From contig CATNEN010000011.1 of assembly GCA_950097015.1 (NCBI GenBank), positions 1,984,001 through 2,048,000 on the forward strand: DNA of 64,000 nt, in the 5' to 3' direction. The stretch comes from Macrostomum hystrix. Its lineage: Eukaryota; Animalia; Platyhelminthes. Of this stretch, positions 1 through 12,574 are shown in pieces. The position numbers and the translations under genes were made by a program. Position 1 is the first letter of the stretch. The number at the start of each line of letters is the position of its first letter. The notes under the pieces are model-generated. The model did no database searches. It worked only from the letters and a program-made list of their open reading frames with translations, and had not been told where the DNA came from.

Positions 1-2
1 AC

Positions 3-1838
3 AGCAAGACAACTCTGCAGTGGATCACCAACACCGACAAGCTTCGCCAAGTTTTCGTTCAAAACCGCGTTAAGGAGATCCGGACTCTCACGTCAACGTC
101 CGAGTGGCGACATGTTCCCGGGGAACTGAACCCCGCCGACCTGCCATCTCGAGGCTGTCTTCCAGGGCAGCTACAGAAAAACAAGGTGTGGTTTAGTGGT
201 CCCGAATTTCTTCGATCAGGCATCTACCCAGCTTCGTCTGAAGATAAGCATTCGAGCGCAGTCGCGGAAGATCATAACTCTGCAGAAGCACTATCAACAG
301 TCGCTGAACAGCCCATGGAATCTAAGAACGTCGATCGTATCTCTTTAATCATTGACATCGGCAAGTTTTCGAACTATTCGAGAGAGTTACGCGTCCTAGC
401 ATGGGTACAAAGATTTGTCCGCAACCTACGGAGTGCTCGAGCTCAATCGTTGGTCAATAAATCAAGGACGGTGACCGCCGAAGAGTTGACTGATGCAGAA
501 GTCCTATTGGTAAGGTCAATTCAAAGGGAATCGTTTTCAAAGGAAATCGATCACATTCGGCGTAGCTCTGCTGCAACACATCTGAACAGGAACTTGAATC
601 TGTGGTTAGATGATAAGGGACTTTTGCGTTCACAAGGTCGTATCTCCGCACTGTCCTTCGAAGTTAATAATCCTATCTTAGTACCTCGCCACAGTCACTT
701 GGAGCAGCTCATTATTCGACAAGCTCATCAGTCCGTTGCTCACGGGGGAGTTGCCTCAACGCTTAGTAAAGTTCGTGAAAAATATTGGATTCTGAAGGGA
801 CGTCAACGAACTAAGCAAGAACTATCGAAGTGTGTGGTGTGTAGGAAGGTACAAGGACGCTCATACGTTGTACCTCAGATCTCTCAGCTACCTGAGTTTC
901 GCCTTTCCGACATCCGACCCTTTCAATCAGTCGGCGTGGACTACTGTGGTCCGATATTCTATCGGACGGGGGAGGATGGTTGTGACTCTCGGAAGGCGTA
1001 CATTCTACTTCTCACATGCTCATCGACTCGCGCAGTGCATCTGGAACTGCTTCCTGACATGACCGCATCGCAGTTCTTGAATGGATTACGTCGTTTTGTC
1101 AGTCGTCGCGGAATACCTTCCATCATCAGTGACAATGCCAAGACGTTCAAGGCTGCCGCGAATATTCTTGGAGCTAGCACCAGCTATAAAGTTCAATCAT
1201 TCTGTGCCAACAAGAAAATCTCTTGGGAGTTCATTCCGGAGAAGGCCCCGTGGTGGGGCGGATTTTGGGAAAGACTCGTTGGAATCGTTAAGGATGGATT
1301 GAAAAAGAGCATTGGCAAAGCTCTGCTAACATTCGATGAGCTATCAACTTCGGTTATCGAAATGGAATCTGTGGTGAACAGTCGACCACTTATGTATGTG
1401 TCGGCGGATGAGATCAACGACGTATTGACGCCTGCGCACTTTCTCTTCGGAACTCGGTTGACTCAGGAGCCAACTCTCTCGTCGAACCGTATCGCCAACG
1501 TCCTGCCATTGCCAGCTCGACTCAAACATCTCAGAAGAGCGTTGAATATTTTTTGGGATGTATGGAAAACGTCATATGTCACCGCCCTGCGTGAGAAAGC
1601 GCTCAAGTCGCATGGAGGAGGACCAGTTGCAAAACCCGGAGACGTCGTTTTGGTTCAGGGAGAACCGCATCAGCCAAGACTGCAATGGAAGATGGGTGTG
1701 GTAGAGTCTGTCCGTGAGGGTCGAGATGGTGCCGTTCGTTCCGCAGTTGTACGTCTGGCGAAGGAAAGGGGCTCTCGGGGGGCTGAGCGCATCAGACGGC
1801 CTGTCCAAGCTCTCATTCCTCTTGAATTGTGCATCTAA
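3..1838 (+). CDS. Bel/Pao pol polyprotein C-terminus: RNase H end, integrase (HHCC zinc finger and DDE core), DUF5641-like tail; ORF is open from the window edge
   Basis: Frame 3 reads SKTTLQWI...WRHVPGELNPADLPSRG, HQSVAH...CVVC, GVDYCGP, SDNAKTF, PWWGGFWERLV, WKMGVVESVREGRDGAVRS, RRPVQALIPLE; no stops or frameshifts. Confidence 0.95.
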   Translation, partial: SKTTLQWITNTDKLRQVFVQNRVKEIRTLTSTSEWRHVPGELNPADLPSRGCLPGQLQKNKVWFSGPEFLRSGIYPASSEDKHSSAVAEDHNSAEALSTVAEQPMESKNVDRISLIIDIGKFSNYSRELRVLAWVQRFVRNLRSARAQSLVNKSRTVTAEELTDAEVLLVRSIQRESFSKEIDHIRRSSAATHLNRNLNLWLDDKGLLRSQGRISALSFEVNNPILVPRHSHLEQLIIRQAHQSVAHGGVASTLSKVREKYWILKGRQRTKQELSKCVVCRKVQGRSYVVPQISQLPEFRLSDIRPFQSVGVDYCGPIFYRTGEDGCDSRKAYILLLTCSSTRAVHLELLPDMTASQFLNGLRRFVSRRGIPSIISDNAKTFKAAANILGASTSYKVQSFCANKKISWEFIPEKAPWWGGFWERLVGIVKDGLKKSIGKALLTFDELSTSVIEMESVVNSRPLMYVSADEINDVLTPAHFLFGTRLTQEPTLSSNRIANVLPLPARLKHLRRALNIFWDVWKTSYVTALREKALKSHGGGPVAKPGDVVLVQGEPHQPRLQWKMGVVESVREGRDGAVRSAVVRLAKERGSRGAERIRRPVQALIPLELCI

Positions 1839-2378
1839 TCCGTCTCCGTCTCGGATCTCTGTTTCTCTAAATCTTTCTGTTCTGTTCATTGGTGCGAGAT
1901 CAGCTACCTTGATAATTTTTGCTCATTTTTGGTTCTCGACTCTTGTTATCGCGTTTCCATCTGTTCTCATTCACTTACCCTTTTTTTGCTTCCCTGACCC
2001 TCATTTTGTACCCGGTAGTTATCATTCAGTCATATATTTTTTGCGTCACAACTCGGTTGCAAATTATCATATCATCATTCAATATGTTAATGAGGGACTC
2101 GTGACTCGTGAACGTACTTGTAAGGTAAATTTCAATATAATTTCTGTCGGCTAGGTCGTTGTCAGTTTTGTTAATTTTTGGCCAACTAATTTATCTACTC
2201 GTAAAATCGTAGGTCATTGCTTAATCTTCGTGGAGGAAACATTTATTTTTCGTCAATGCTCGTACTTGTGTCCCTTTCAGTCTCTCAAAATTGTCGTTTT
2301 TTTGTTCCGTTGCCCTTGTTCAATTGTTTCATGCTTAGTTCGAGCTCGAAATGACAAAGTCTTTGTCATTTGGGGGAG

Positions 2379-2761
2379 TGTAGCGACTTTTGGTTACGCG
2401 ACTTGTTTGTACTTGCTCTGATTGTGTCTCTCTTTTCTTTATCGCTGCACCCCCCTCCTTCCCCCTGCCCCTGCTACTCTCCACGATTGTACCCCAACCC
2501 CCCTTTCGTCGCTTTCCTTTGTCTGCCTATGTACATCTGAGGCGGGGTTTAACCCTATCCTTACTATCGATCGCTTCTCTCTAGCCGCTAGTGTTAAGTT
2601 CAAATATAATGTCTGGCCCTCTGGGCCTTTGTGAGTCATCCCCCATTGCGCTCTCTGTCTCGTTTGAGGTTTGGCCGTATGAACGGGCTCTTGCTGCGAA
2701 GATTCAATTAATTGCATGACTTCAACTCGCTTCGCTTCTTAATTCACTCGAAGTAAAGACA
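2379..2761 (+). repeat. 3' LTR of the Bel/Pao element
   Basis: Starts TGTAGCG right after the PPT and ends GTAAAGACA at the satellite junction; the 5' LTR is not in the window for confirmation. Confidence 0.8.
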
Positions 2762-5700
2762 GTAGATGTAGGAATTCAACTGTTGATGTAGGAACTCAAC
2801 TGTAGATGTAGAAACTCAACTGTTGATGTAGGAACTCAACTGTTAATGTAGGAATTTAACTGTTGATGTAGGAATTCAACTGTTAATGTAGGAATTTAAC
2901 TGTTGATGTAGGAATTCAACTGTAGATGTAGGAATTCAACTGTTGATGTAGGAATTTAACTGTTGATGTAGGAATTCAACTGTAGATGTAGGAACTCAAC
3001 TGTAGATGTAGAAACTCAACTGTAGATGTAGGAATTCAACTGTTAATGTAGGAATTTAACTGTTGATGTAGGAATTCAACTGTAGATGTAGGAATTCAAC
3101 TGTTGATGTAGGAATTCAACTGTAGATGTAGGAATTCAACTGTTGATGTAGGAATTCAACTGTTGATGTAGGAACTCAACTGTAGATGTAGAAACTCAAC
3201 TGTTGATGTAGGAACTCAACTGTTAATGTAGGAATTTAACTGTTGATGTAGGAATTCAACTGTAGATGTAGGAGTTCAACTGTAGATCTGGGAACTCAAC
3301 TGTAGATGTAGGAACTCAACTGTAGATGTAGGAATTCAACTGTAGATGTAGGAATTCAACTGTAGATGTAGGAATTCAACTGTAGATGTAGGAATTCAAC
3401 TGTAGATGTAGGAATTCAACTGTAGATGTAGGAATTCAACTGTAGATGTAGGAATTCAACTGTAGATGTAGGAATTCAACTGTTGATGTAGGAATTCAAC
3501 TGTTGATGTAGGAACTCAACTGTAGATGTAGAAACTCAACTGTTGATGTAGGAACTCAACTGTTAATGTAGGAATTTAACTGTTGATGTAGGAATTCAAC
3601 TGTAGATGTAGGAGTTCAACTGTAGATCTGGGAACTCAACTGTAGATGTAGGAACTCAACTGTTGATGTAGGAATTCAACTGTAGATGTAGGAATTCAAC
3701 TGTAGATGTAGGAATTCAACTGTAGATGTAGGAATTCAACTGTAGATGTAGGAATTCAACTGTAGATGTAGGAATTCAACTGTAGATGTAGGAATTCAAC
3801 TGTAGATGTAGGAATTCAACTGTTGATGTAGGAATTCAACTGTTGGTGTAGGAATTCAACTGTTGATGTAGGAATTCAACTGTAGATGTAGGAATTCAAC
3901 TGTAGATGTAGGAACTCAACTGTAGATGTAGGAATTCAACTGTAGATGTAGGAACTCAACTGTAGATGTAGAAACTCAACTGTTGATGTAGGAATTCAAC
4001 TGTAGATGTAGGAATTCAACTGTAGATGTAGGAATTCAACTGTAGATGTAGGAACTCAACTGTAGATGTAGGAATTCAACTGTAGATGTAGGAATTCAAC
4101 TGTAGATGTAGGAATTCAACTGTAGATGTAGGAATTCAACTGTAGATGTAGGAACTCAACTGTAGATGTAGGAACTCAACTGTAGATGTAGGAATTCAAC
4201 TGTTTATGTAGGAATTCAACTGTAGATGTAGGAATTCAACTGTAGATGTAGGAATTCAACTGTTGATGTAGGAACTCAACTGTAGATGTAGAAACTCAAC
4301 TGTTGATGTAGGAACTCAACTGTTAATGTAGGAATTTAACTGTTGATGTAGGAATTCAACTGTAGATGTAGGAATTCAACTGTAGATGTAGGAATTCAAC
4401 TGTTGATGTAGGAATTCAACTGTTGATGTAGGAATTCAACTGTTGGTGTAGGAATTCAACTGTTGATGTAGGAATTCAACTGTTGGTGTAGGAATTCAAC
4501 TGTTGATGTAGGAATTCAACTGTTGATGTAGGAATTCAACTGTTGGTGTAGGAATTCAACTGTTGGTGTAGGAATTCAACTGTTGATGTAGGAATTCAAC
4601 TGTAGATGTAGGAATTCAACTGTAGATGTAGGAACTCAACTGTAGATGAAGGAATTCAACTGTTTATGTAGGAATTCAACTGTAGATGTAGGAATTCAAC
4701 TGTAGATGTAGGAATTCAACTGTAGATGTAGGAATTCAACTGTAGATGTAGGAACTCAACTGTAGATGTAGGAACTCAACTGTAGATGTAGGAACTCAAC
4801 TGTAGATGTAGGAATTCAACTGTTTATGTAGGAATTCAACTGTTGATGTAGGAATTCAACTGTAGATGTAGGAATTCAACTGTAGATGTAGGAATTCAAC
4901 TGTAGATGTAGGAATTCAACTGTTGATGTAGGAACTCAACTGTAGATGTAGAAACTCAACTGTTGATGTAGGAACTCAACTGTTGATGTAGGAATTTAAC
5001 TGTTGATGTAGGAATTCAACTGTAGATGTAGGAGTTCAACTGTAGATGTAGGAATTCAACTGTAGATGTAGGAATTCAACTGTTGATGTAGGAATTCAAC
5101 TGTAGATGTAGGAATTCAACTGTAGATGTAGGAATTCAACTGTTGATGTAGGAATTCAACTGTAGATGTAGGAATTCAACTGTAGATGTAGGAATTCAAC
5201 TGCAGATCTGGGAACTCAACTGTAGATGTAGGAATTCAACTGTAGATGTAGGAATTCAACTGTTGATGTAGGAACTCAACTGTAGATGTAGGAATTCAAC
5301 TGTAGATGTAGGAATTCAACTGTAGATGTAGGAACTCAACTGTAGATGTAGGAATTCAACTGTTTATGTAGGAATTCAACTGTAGATGTAGGAATTCAAC
5401 TGTAGATGTAGGAATTCAACTGTAGATGTAGGAATTCAACTGTAGATGTAGGAACTCAACTGTAGATGTAGGAATTCAACTGTAGATGTAGGAATTCAAC
5501 TGTAGATGTAGGAATTCAACTGTAGATGTAGGAATTCAACTGTAGATGTAGGAATTCAACTGTAGATGTAGGAACTCAACTGTAGATGTAGGAATTCAAC
5601 TGTTTATGTAGGAATTCAACTGTAGATGTAGGAATTCAACTGTAGATGTAGGAATTCAACTGTTGATGTAGGAATTCAACTGTAGATGTAGGAATTCAAC

Positions 5701-8700
5701 TGTAGATGTAGGAATTCAACTGTAGATGTAGGAATTCAACTGTAGATGTAGGAACTCAACTGTAGATGTAGGAACTCAACTGTAGATGTAGGAATTCAAC
5801 TGTAGATGTAGGAACTCAACTGTAGATGTAGGAATTCAACTGTAGATGTAGGAATTCAACTGTTGATGTAGGAATTCAACTGTTGATGTAGGAACTCAAC
5901 TGTAGATGTAGAAACTCAACTGTTGATGTAGGAACTCAACTGTTGATGTAGGAATTTAACTGTTGATGTAGGAATTCAACTGTAGATGTAGGAGTTCAAC
6001 TGTAGATGTAGGAATTCAACTGTAGATGTAGGAATTCAACTGTTGATGTAGGAATTCAACTGTAGATGTAGGAATTCAACTGTAGATGTAGGAATTCAAC
6101 TGTTGATGTAGGAATTCAACTGTAGATGTAGGAATTCAACTGTAGATGTAGGAATTCAACTGCAGATCTGGGAACTCAACTGTAGATGTAGGAATTCAAC
6201 TGTAGATGTAGGAATTCAACTGTTGATGTAGGAATTCAACTGTAGATGTAGGAATTCAACTGTAGATGTAGGAATTCAACTGTTGATGTAGGAATTCAAC
6301 TGTAGATGTAGGAATTCAACTGTAGATGTAGGAACTCAACTGTAGATGTAGAAACTCAACTGTTGATGTAGGAACTCAACTGTTAATGTAGGAATTTAAC
6401 TGTTGATGTAGGAATTCAACTGTAGATGTAGGAATTCAACTGTAGATGTAGGAATTCAACTGTTGATGTAGGAACTCAACTGTAGATGTAGAAACTCAAC
6501 TGTTGATGTAGGAACTCAACTGTTAATGTAGGAATTTAACTGTTGATGTAGGAATTCAACTGTTAATGTAGGAATTTAACTGTTGATGTAGGAATTCAAC
6601 TGTAGATGTAGGAATTCAACTGTTGATGTAGGAATTTAACTGTTGATGTAGGAATTCAACTGTAGATGTAGGAACTCAACTGTAGATGTAGGAATTCAAC
6701 TGTAGATGTAGGAATTCAACTGTAGATGTAGGAATTCAACTGTAGATGTAGGAATTCAACTGTAGATGTAGGAACTCAACTGTAGATGTAGGAACTCAAC
6801 TGTAGATGTAGGAATTCAACTGTTTATGTAGGAATTCAACTGTAGATGTAGGAATTCAACTGTAGATGTAGGAATTCAACTGTTGATGTAGGAACTCAAC
6901 TGTAGATGTAGAAACTCAACTGTTGATGTAGGAACTCAACTGTTAATGTAGGAATTTAACTGTTGATGTAGGAATTCAACTGTAGATGTAGGAATTCAAC
7001 TGTAGATGTAGGAATTCAACTGTTGATGTAGGAATTCAACTGTTGATGTAGGAATTCAACTGTTGGTGTAGGAATTCAACTGTTGATGTAGGAATTCAAC
7101 TGTTGGTGTAGGAATTCAACTGTTGATGTAGGAATTCAACTGTTGATGTAGGAATTCAACTGTTGGTGTAGGAATTCAACTGTTGGTGTAGGAATTCAAC
7201 TGTTGATGTAGGAATTCAACTGTAGATGTAGGAATTCAACTGTAGATGTAGGAACTCAACTGTAGATGAAGGAATTCAACTGTTTATGTAGGAATTCAAC
7301 TGTAGATGTAGGAATTCAACTGTAGATGTAGGAATTCAACTGTAGATGTAGGAATTCAACTGTAGATGTAGGAACTCAACTGTAGATGTAGGAACTCAAC
7401 TGTAGATGTAGGAACTCAACTGTAGATGTAGGAATTCAACTGTTTATGTAGGAATTCAACTGTTGATGTAGGAATTCAACTGTAGATGTAGGAATTCAAC
7501 TGTAGATGTAGGAATTCAACTGTAGATGTAGGAATTCAACTGTTGATGTAGGAACTCAACTGTAGATGTAGAAACTCAACTGTTGATGTAGGAACTCAAC
7601 TGTTGATGTAGGAATTTAACTGTTGATGTAGGAATTCAACTGTAGATGTAGGAGTTCAACTGTAGATGTAGGAATTCAACTGTAGATGTAGGAATTCAAC
7701 TGTTGATGTAGGAATTCAACTGTAGATGTAGGAATTCAACTGTAGATGTAGGAATTCAACTGTTGATGTAGGAATTCAACTGTAGATGTAGGAATTCAAC
7801 TGTAGATGTAGGAATTCAACTGCAGATCTGGGAACTCAACTGTAGATGTAGGAATTCAACTGTAGATGTAGGAATTCAACTGTTGATGTAGGAACTCAAC
7901 TGTAGATGTAGGAATTCAACTGTAGATGTAGGAATTCAACTGTAGATGTAGGAACTCAACTGTAGATGTAGGAATTCAACTGTTTATGTAGGAATTCAAC
8001 TGTAGATGTAGGAATTCAACTGTAGATGTAGGAATTCAACTGTAGATGTAGGAATTCAACTGTAGATGTAGGAACTCAACTGTAGATGTAGGAATTCAAC
8101 TGTAGATGTAGGAATTCAACTGTAGATGTAGGAATTCAACTGTAGATGTAGGAATTCAACTGTAGATGTAGGAATTCAACTGTAGATGTAGGAACTCAAC
8201 TGTAGATGTAGGAATTCAACTGTTTATGTAGGAATTCAACTGTAGATGTAGGAATTCAACTGTAGATGTAGGAATTCAACTGTTGATGTAGGAATTCAAC
8301 TGTAGATGTAGGAATTCAACTGTAGATGTAGGAATTCAACTGTAGATGTAGGAATTCAACTGTAGATGTAGGAACTCAACTGTAGATGTAGGAACTCAAC
8401 TGTAGATGTAGGAATTCAACTGTAGATGTAGGAACTCAACTGTAGATGTAGGAATTCAACTGTAGATGTAGGAATTCAACTGTTGATGTAGGAATTCAAC
8501 TGTTGATGTAGGAACTCAACTGTAGATGTAGAAACTCAACTGTTGATGTAGGAACTCAACTGTTGATGTAGGAATTTAACTGTTGATGTAGGAATTCAAC
8601 TGTAGATGTAGGAGTTCAACTGTAGATGTAGGAATTCAACTGTAGATGTAGGAATTCAACTGTTGATGTAGGAATTCAACTGTAGATGTAGGAATTCAAC

Positions 8701-11560
8701 TGTAGATGTAGGAATTCAACTGTTGATGTAGGAATTCAACTGTAGATGTAGGAATTCAACTGTAGATGTAGGAATTCAACTGCAGATCTGGGAACTCAAC
8801 TGTAGATGTAGGAATTCAACTGTAGATGTAGGAATTCAACTGTTGATGTAGGAATTCAACTGTAGATGTAGGAATTCAACTGTAGATGTAGGAATTCAAC
8901 TGTTGATGTAGGAATTCAACTGTAGATGTAGGAATTCAACTGTAGATGTAGGAACTCAACTGTAGATGTAGAAACTCAACTGTTGATGTAGGAACTCAAC
9001 TGTTAATGTAGGAATTTAACTGTTGATGTAGGAATTCAACTGTAGATGTAGGAATTCAACTGTAGATGTAGGAATTCAACTGTTGATGTAGGAACTCAAC
9101 TGTAGATGTAGAAACTCAACTGTTGATGTAGGAACTCAACTGTTAATGTAGGAATTTAACTGTTGATGTAGGAATTCAACTGTTAATGTAGGAATTTAAC
9201 TGTTGATGTAGGAATTCAACTGTAGATGTAGGAATTCAACTGTTGATGTAGGAATTTAACTGTTGATGTAGGAATTCAACTGTAGATGTAGGAACTCAAC
9301 TGTAGATGTAGAAACTCAACTGTAGATGTAGGAATTCAACTGTTAATGTAGGAATTTAACTGTTGATGTAGGAATTCAACTGTAGATGTAGGAATTCAAC
9401 TGTTGATGTAGGAATTCAACTGTAGATGTAGGAATTCAACTGTTGATGTAGGAATTCAACTGTTGATGTAGGAACTCAACTGTAGATGTAGAAACTCAAC
9501 TGTTGATGTAGGAACTCAACTGTTAATGTAGGAATTTAACTGTTGATGTAGGAATTCAACTGTAGATGTAGGAGTTCAACTGTAGATCTGGGAACTCAAC
9601 TGTAGATGTAGGAACTCAACTGTAGATGTAGGAATTCAACTGTAGATGTAGGAATTCAACTGTAGATGTAGGAATTCAACTGTAGATGTAGGAATTCAAC
9701 TGTAGATGTAGGAATTCAACTGTAGATGTAGGAATTCAACTGTAGATGTAGGAATTCAACTGTAGATGTAGGAATTCAACTGTTGATGTAGGAATTCAAC
9801 TGTTGGTGTAGGAATTCAACTGTTGATGTAGGAATTCAACTGTAGATGTAGGAATTCAACTGTAGATGTAGGAACTCAACTGTAGATGTAGGAATTCAAC
9901 TGTAGATGTAGGAACTCAACTGTAGATGTAGAAACTCAACTGTTGATGTAGGAATTCAACTGTAGATGTAGGAATTCAACTGTAGATGTAGGAATTCAAC
10001 TGTAGATGTAGGAACTCAACTGTAGATGTAGGAATTCAACTGTAGATGTAGGAATTCAACTGTAGATGTAGGAATTCAACTGTAGATGTAGGAATTCAAC
10101 TGTAGATGTAGGAACTCAACTGTAGATGTAGGAACTCAACTGTAGATGTAGGAATTCAACTGTTTATGTAGGAATTCAACTGTAGATGTAGGAATTCAAC
10201 TGTAGATGTAGGAATTCAACTGTTGATGTAGGAACTCAACTGTAGATGTAGAAACTCAACTGTTGATGTAGGAACTCAACTGTTAATGTAGGAATTTAAC
10301 TGTTGATGTAGGAATTCAACTGTAGATGTAGGAATTCAACTGTAGATGTAGGAATTCAACTGTTGATGTAGGAATTCAACTGTTGATGTAGGAATTCAAC
10401 TGTTGGTGTAGGAATTCAACTGTTGATGTAGGAATTCAACTGTTGGTGTAGGAATTCAACTGTTGATGTAGGAATTCAACTGTTGATGTAGGAATTCAAC
10501 TGTTGGTGTAGGAATTCAACTGTTGGTGTAGGAATTCAACTGTTGATGTAGGAATTCAACTGTAGATGTAGGAATTCAACTGTAGATGTAGGAACTCAAC
10601 TGTAGATGTAGGAATTCAACTGTTTATGTAGGAATTCAACTGTAGATGTAGGAATTCAACTGTAGATGTAGGAATTCAACTGTAGATGTAGGAATTCAAC
10701 TGTAGATGTAGGAACTCAACTGTAGATGTAGGAACTCAACTGTAGATGTAGGAACTCAACTGTAGATGTAGGAATTCAACTGTTTATGTAGGAATTCAAC
10801 TGTTGATGTAGGAATTCAACTGTAGATGTAGGAATTCAACTGTAGATGTAGGAACTCAACTGTAGATGTAGGAATTCAACTGTTTATGTAGGAATTCAAC
10901 TGTAGATGTAGGAATTCAACTGTAGATGTAGGAATTCAACTGTAGATGTAGGAATTCAACTGTAGATGTAGGAACTCAACTGTAGATGTAGGAACTCAAC
11001 TGTAGATGTAGGAATTCAACTGTAGATGTAGGAATTCAACTGTAGATGTAGGAATTCAACTGTAGATGTAGGAATTCAACTGTAGATGTAGGAATTCAAC
11101 TGTAGATGTAGGAATTCAACTGTAGATGTAGGAACTCAACTGTAGATGTAGGAACTCAACTGTAGATGTAGGAACTCAACTGTTGATGTAGGAATTCAAC
11201 TGTAGATGTAGGACCTCAACTGTAGATCTGGGAACTCAACTGTAGATCTGGAAAATCAACTGTAGATCTGGGAACTCAACTGTAGATCTGGGAAATCAAC
11301 TGTAGATGTAGGAATTCAACTGTAGATGTAGGAATTCAACTGTAGATGTAGGAACTCAACTGTAGATGTAGAAACTCAACTGTTGATGTAGGAATTTAAC
11401 TGTTGATGTAGGAATTCAACTGTAGATGTAGGAATTTAACTGTAGATGTAGGAATTCAACTGTAGATGTAGGAACTCAACTGCAGATCTGGGAACTCAAC
11501 TGTAGATCTGGGAACTCAACTGTAGATCTGGGAACTCAACTGTAGATCTGGGAACTCAAG
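2762..11560. repeat. 20-bp tandem satellite (TGTAGATGTAGGAATTCAAC)n, ~440 copies, with higher-order duplications
   Basis: Exact 20-bp period without indels; variants TGTTGA/TGTTAA, GGAACT/GAAACT, GATCTG; degenerates only at the right end. Confidence 0.99.
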
Positions 11561-11670
11561 TTTAGATCTTGGAGATCTAGAAAGAAGTCAAATTTAATAT
11601 CTAGAATCAAAATTATTTGTTCAATTTCTAATCGAAGTTTTAAATGGCACAACGAATTGGCTTTGCAGCG

Positions 11671-12507
11671 ATGAACCCCCTGACGCAGGTGCGAAATCAG
11701 CGCTTGTTGAATGAACGAGAGCTGAAGATGGGAACTGCCAATACCGGCTCCTCCTGGCACTCCATGTTCAAAGACTCGGCCTGGATCTACATCGGCGGCT
11801 TAGACTTCGACCTGACTGAGGGCGACGTCATCTGCGTGTTCTCCCAGTACGGCGAAGTTGTCAACATCAATCTGGTTCGAGATCAGGCCACCGGCAGAAG
11901 CAAGGGCTTCGCTTTCCTCTGCTACGAGGATCAGCGATCAACAGTTCTAGCCTGCGACAATCTGAATGGCGCCAAGGTTGTTGGCCGAACTCTCCGCGTC
12001 AACCATGTTGAAAGCTACAAAGTCAAGGAGCTGATCAAGCCGGACTTGGATCCCGTCAGGCAGCACCTCCGCGAGCAAGGCTGCGCGCCCGGTGCCGCCG
12101 CTGCTGTTGCTGAAGCCGTCTCGGTTGCCGCCGCGGTTGCCAAGGAAGCGGATTCGAGTCCGAAGCGATCTTCACAATCCCCACCGGCTTTGAATGCCAA
12201 AACTGACAGAATGCCCGTCAGGGTGAAACGCGAACGCATCGATCCCGGCTATCCTGACTATCGAAGTCGCCGTAGCCGTAGCCCTAATCAATCTGGAAAT
12301 CGGGCATTCGCTACTAGTTCAAATCGTCACCGAAGCCGTACCCGTAGCCGTAGCCCTAAGCGTACAGGAATACAACGAAGTCGTGATCAGGCCTCGCCGG
12401 CTAGACCTGTACATCGTAGCCGTAGCCGTAGCCGTAGTCCACGTGCCCACAGTAGCCGAAGTGATCATCGAGGCAGTGGAGGCGGCGGCCATCGTACTGT
12501 TCGATGA
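11671..12507 (+). CDS. RBMX2: RNA-binding motif protein X-linked 2 (IST3/Snu17, RES complex): RRM plus RS-rich tail, single coding exon
   Basis: MNPLTQVRNQRLLNERELKMG...SWHSMFKDSAWIYIGGLDFDLTEGDVICVFSQYGE...SKGFAFLCYEDQRSTVLACDNLNG; RSRSRS tail; an alternative in-frame ATG is at 11644. Confidence 0.95.
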   Translation: MNPLTQVRNQRLLNERELKMGTANTGSSWHSMFKDSAWIYIGGLDFDLTEGDVICVFSQYGEVVNINLVRDQATGRSKGFAFLCYEDQRSTVLACDNLNGAKVVGRTLRVNHVESYKVKELIKPDLDPVRQHLREQGCAPGAAAAVAEAVSVAAAVAKEADSSPKRSSQSPPALNAKTDRMPVRVKRERIDPGYPDYRSRRSRSPNQSGNRAFATSSNRHRSRTRSRSPKRTGIQRSRDQASPARPVHRSRSRSRSPRAHSSRSDHRGSGGGGHRTVR

Positions 12508-12574
12508 TGTACTTTTATGACTTGCTCAGACGCATTTGATGACTCTTTTTATGTCAGCCTGAATATCATGAAGA

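Larger units (their letters stand above)
1..2761 (+). mobile_element. Bel/Pao LTR retrotransposon, 3' portion (pol end, long 3' UTR, PPT, 3' LTR); the 5' part lies outside the window
   Basis: Pao-type pol motifs, then a polypurine tract GGGGGAG (2372-2378) directly before a TGT...ACA-bounded 383-bp segment. Confidence 0.93.

Noticed and set aside
1839-2371. env-like extra ORF in the retrotransposon
   Set aside because: Only short, low-complexity alternative-frame ORFs; no signal peptide, fusion or TM architecture
2762-11560. CRISPR-like array
   Set aside because: Contiguous 20-bp units with no unique spacers, no cas genes, eukaryotic context
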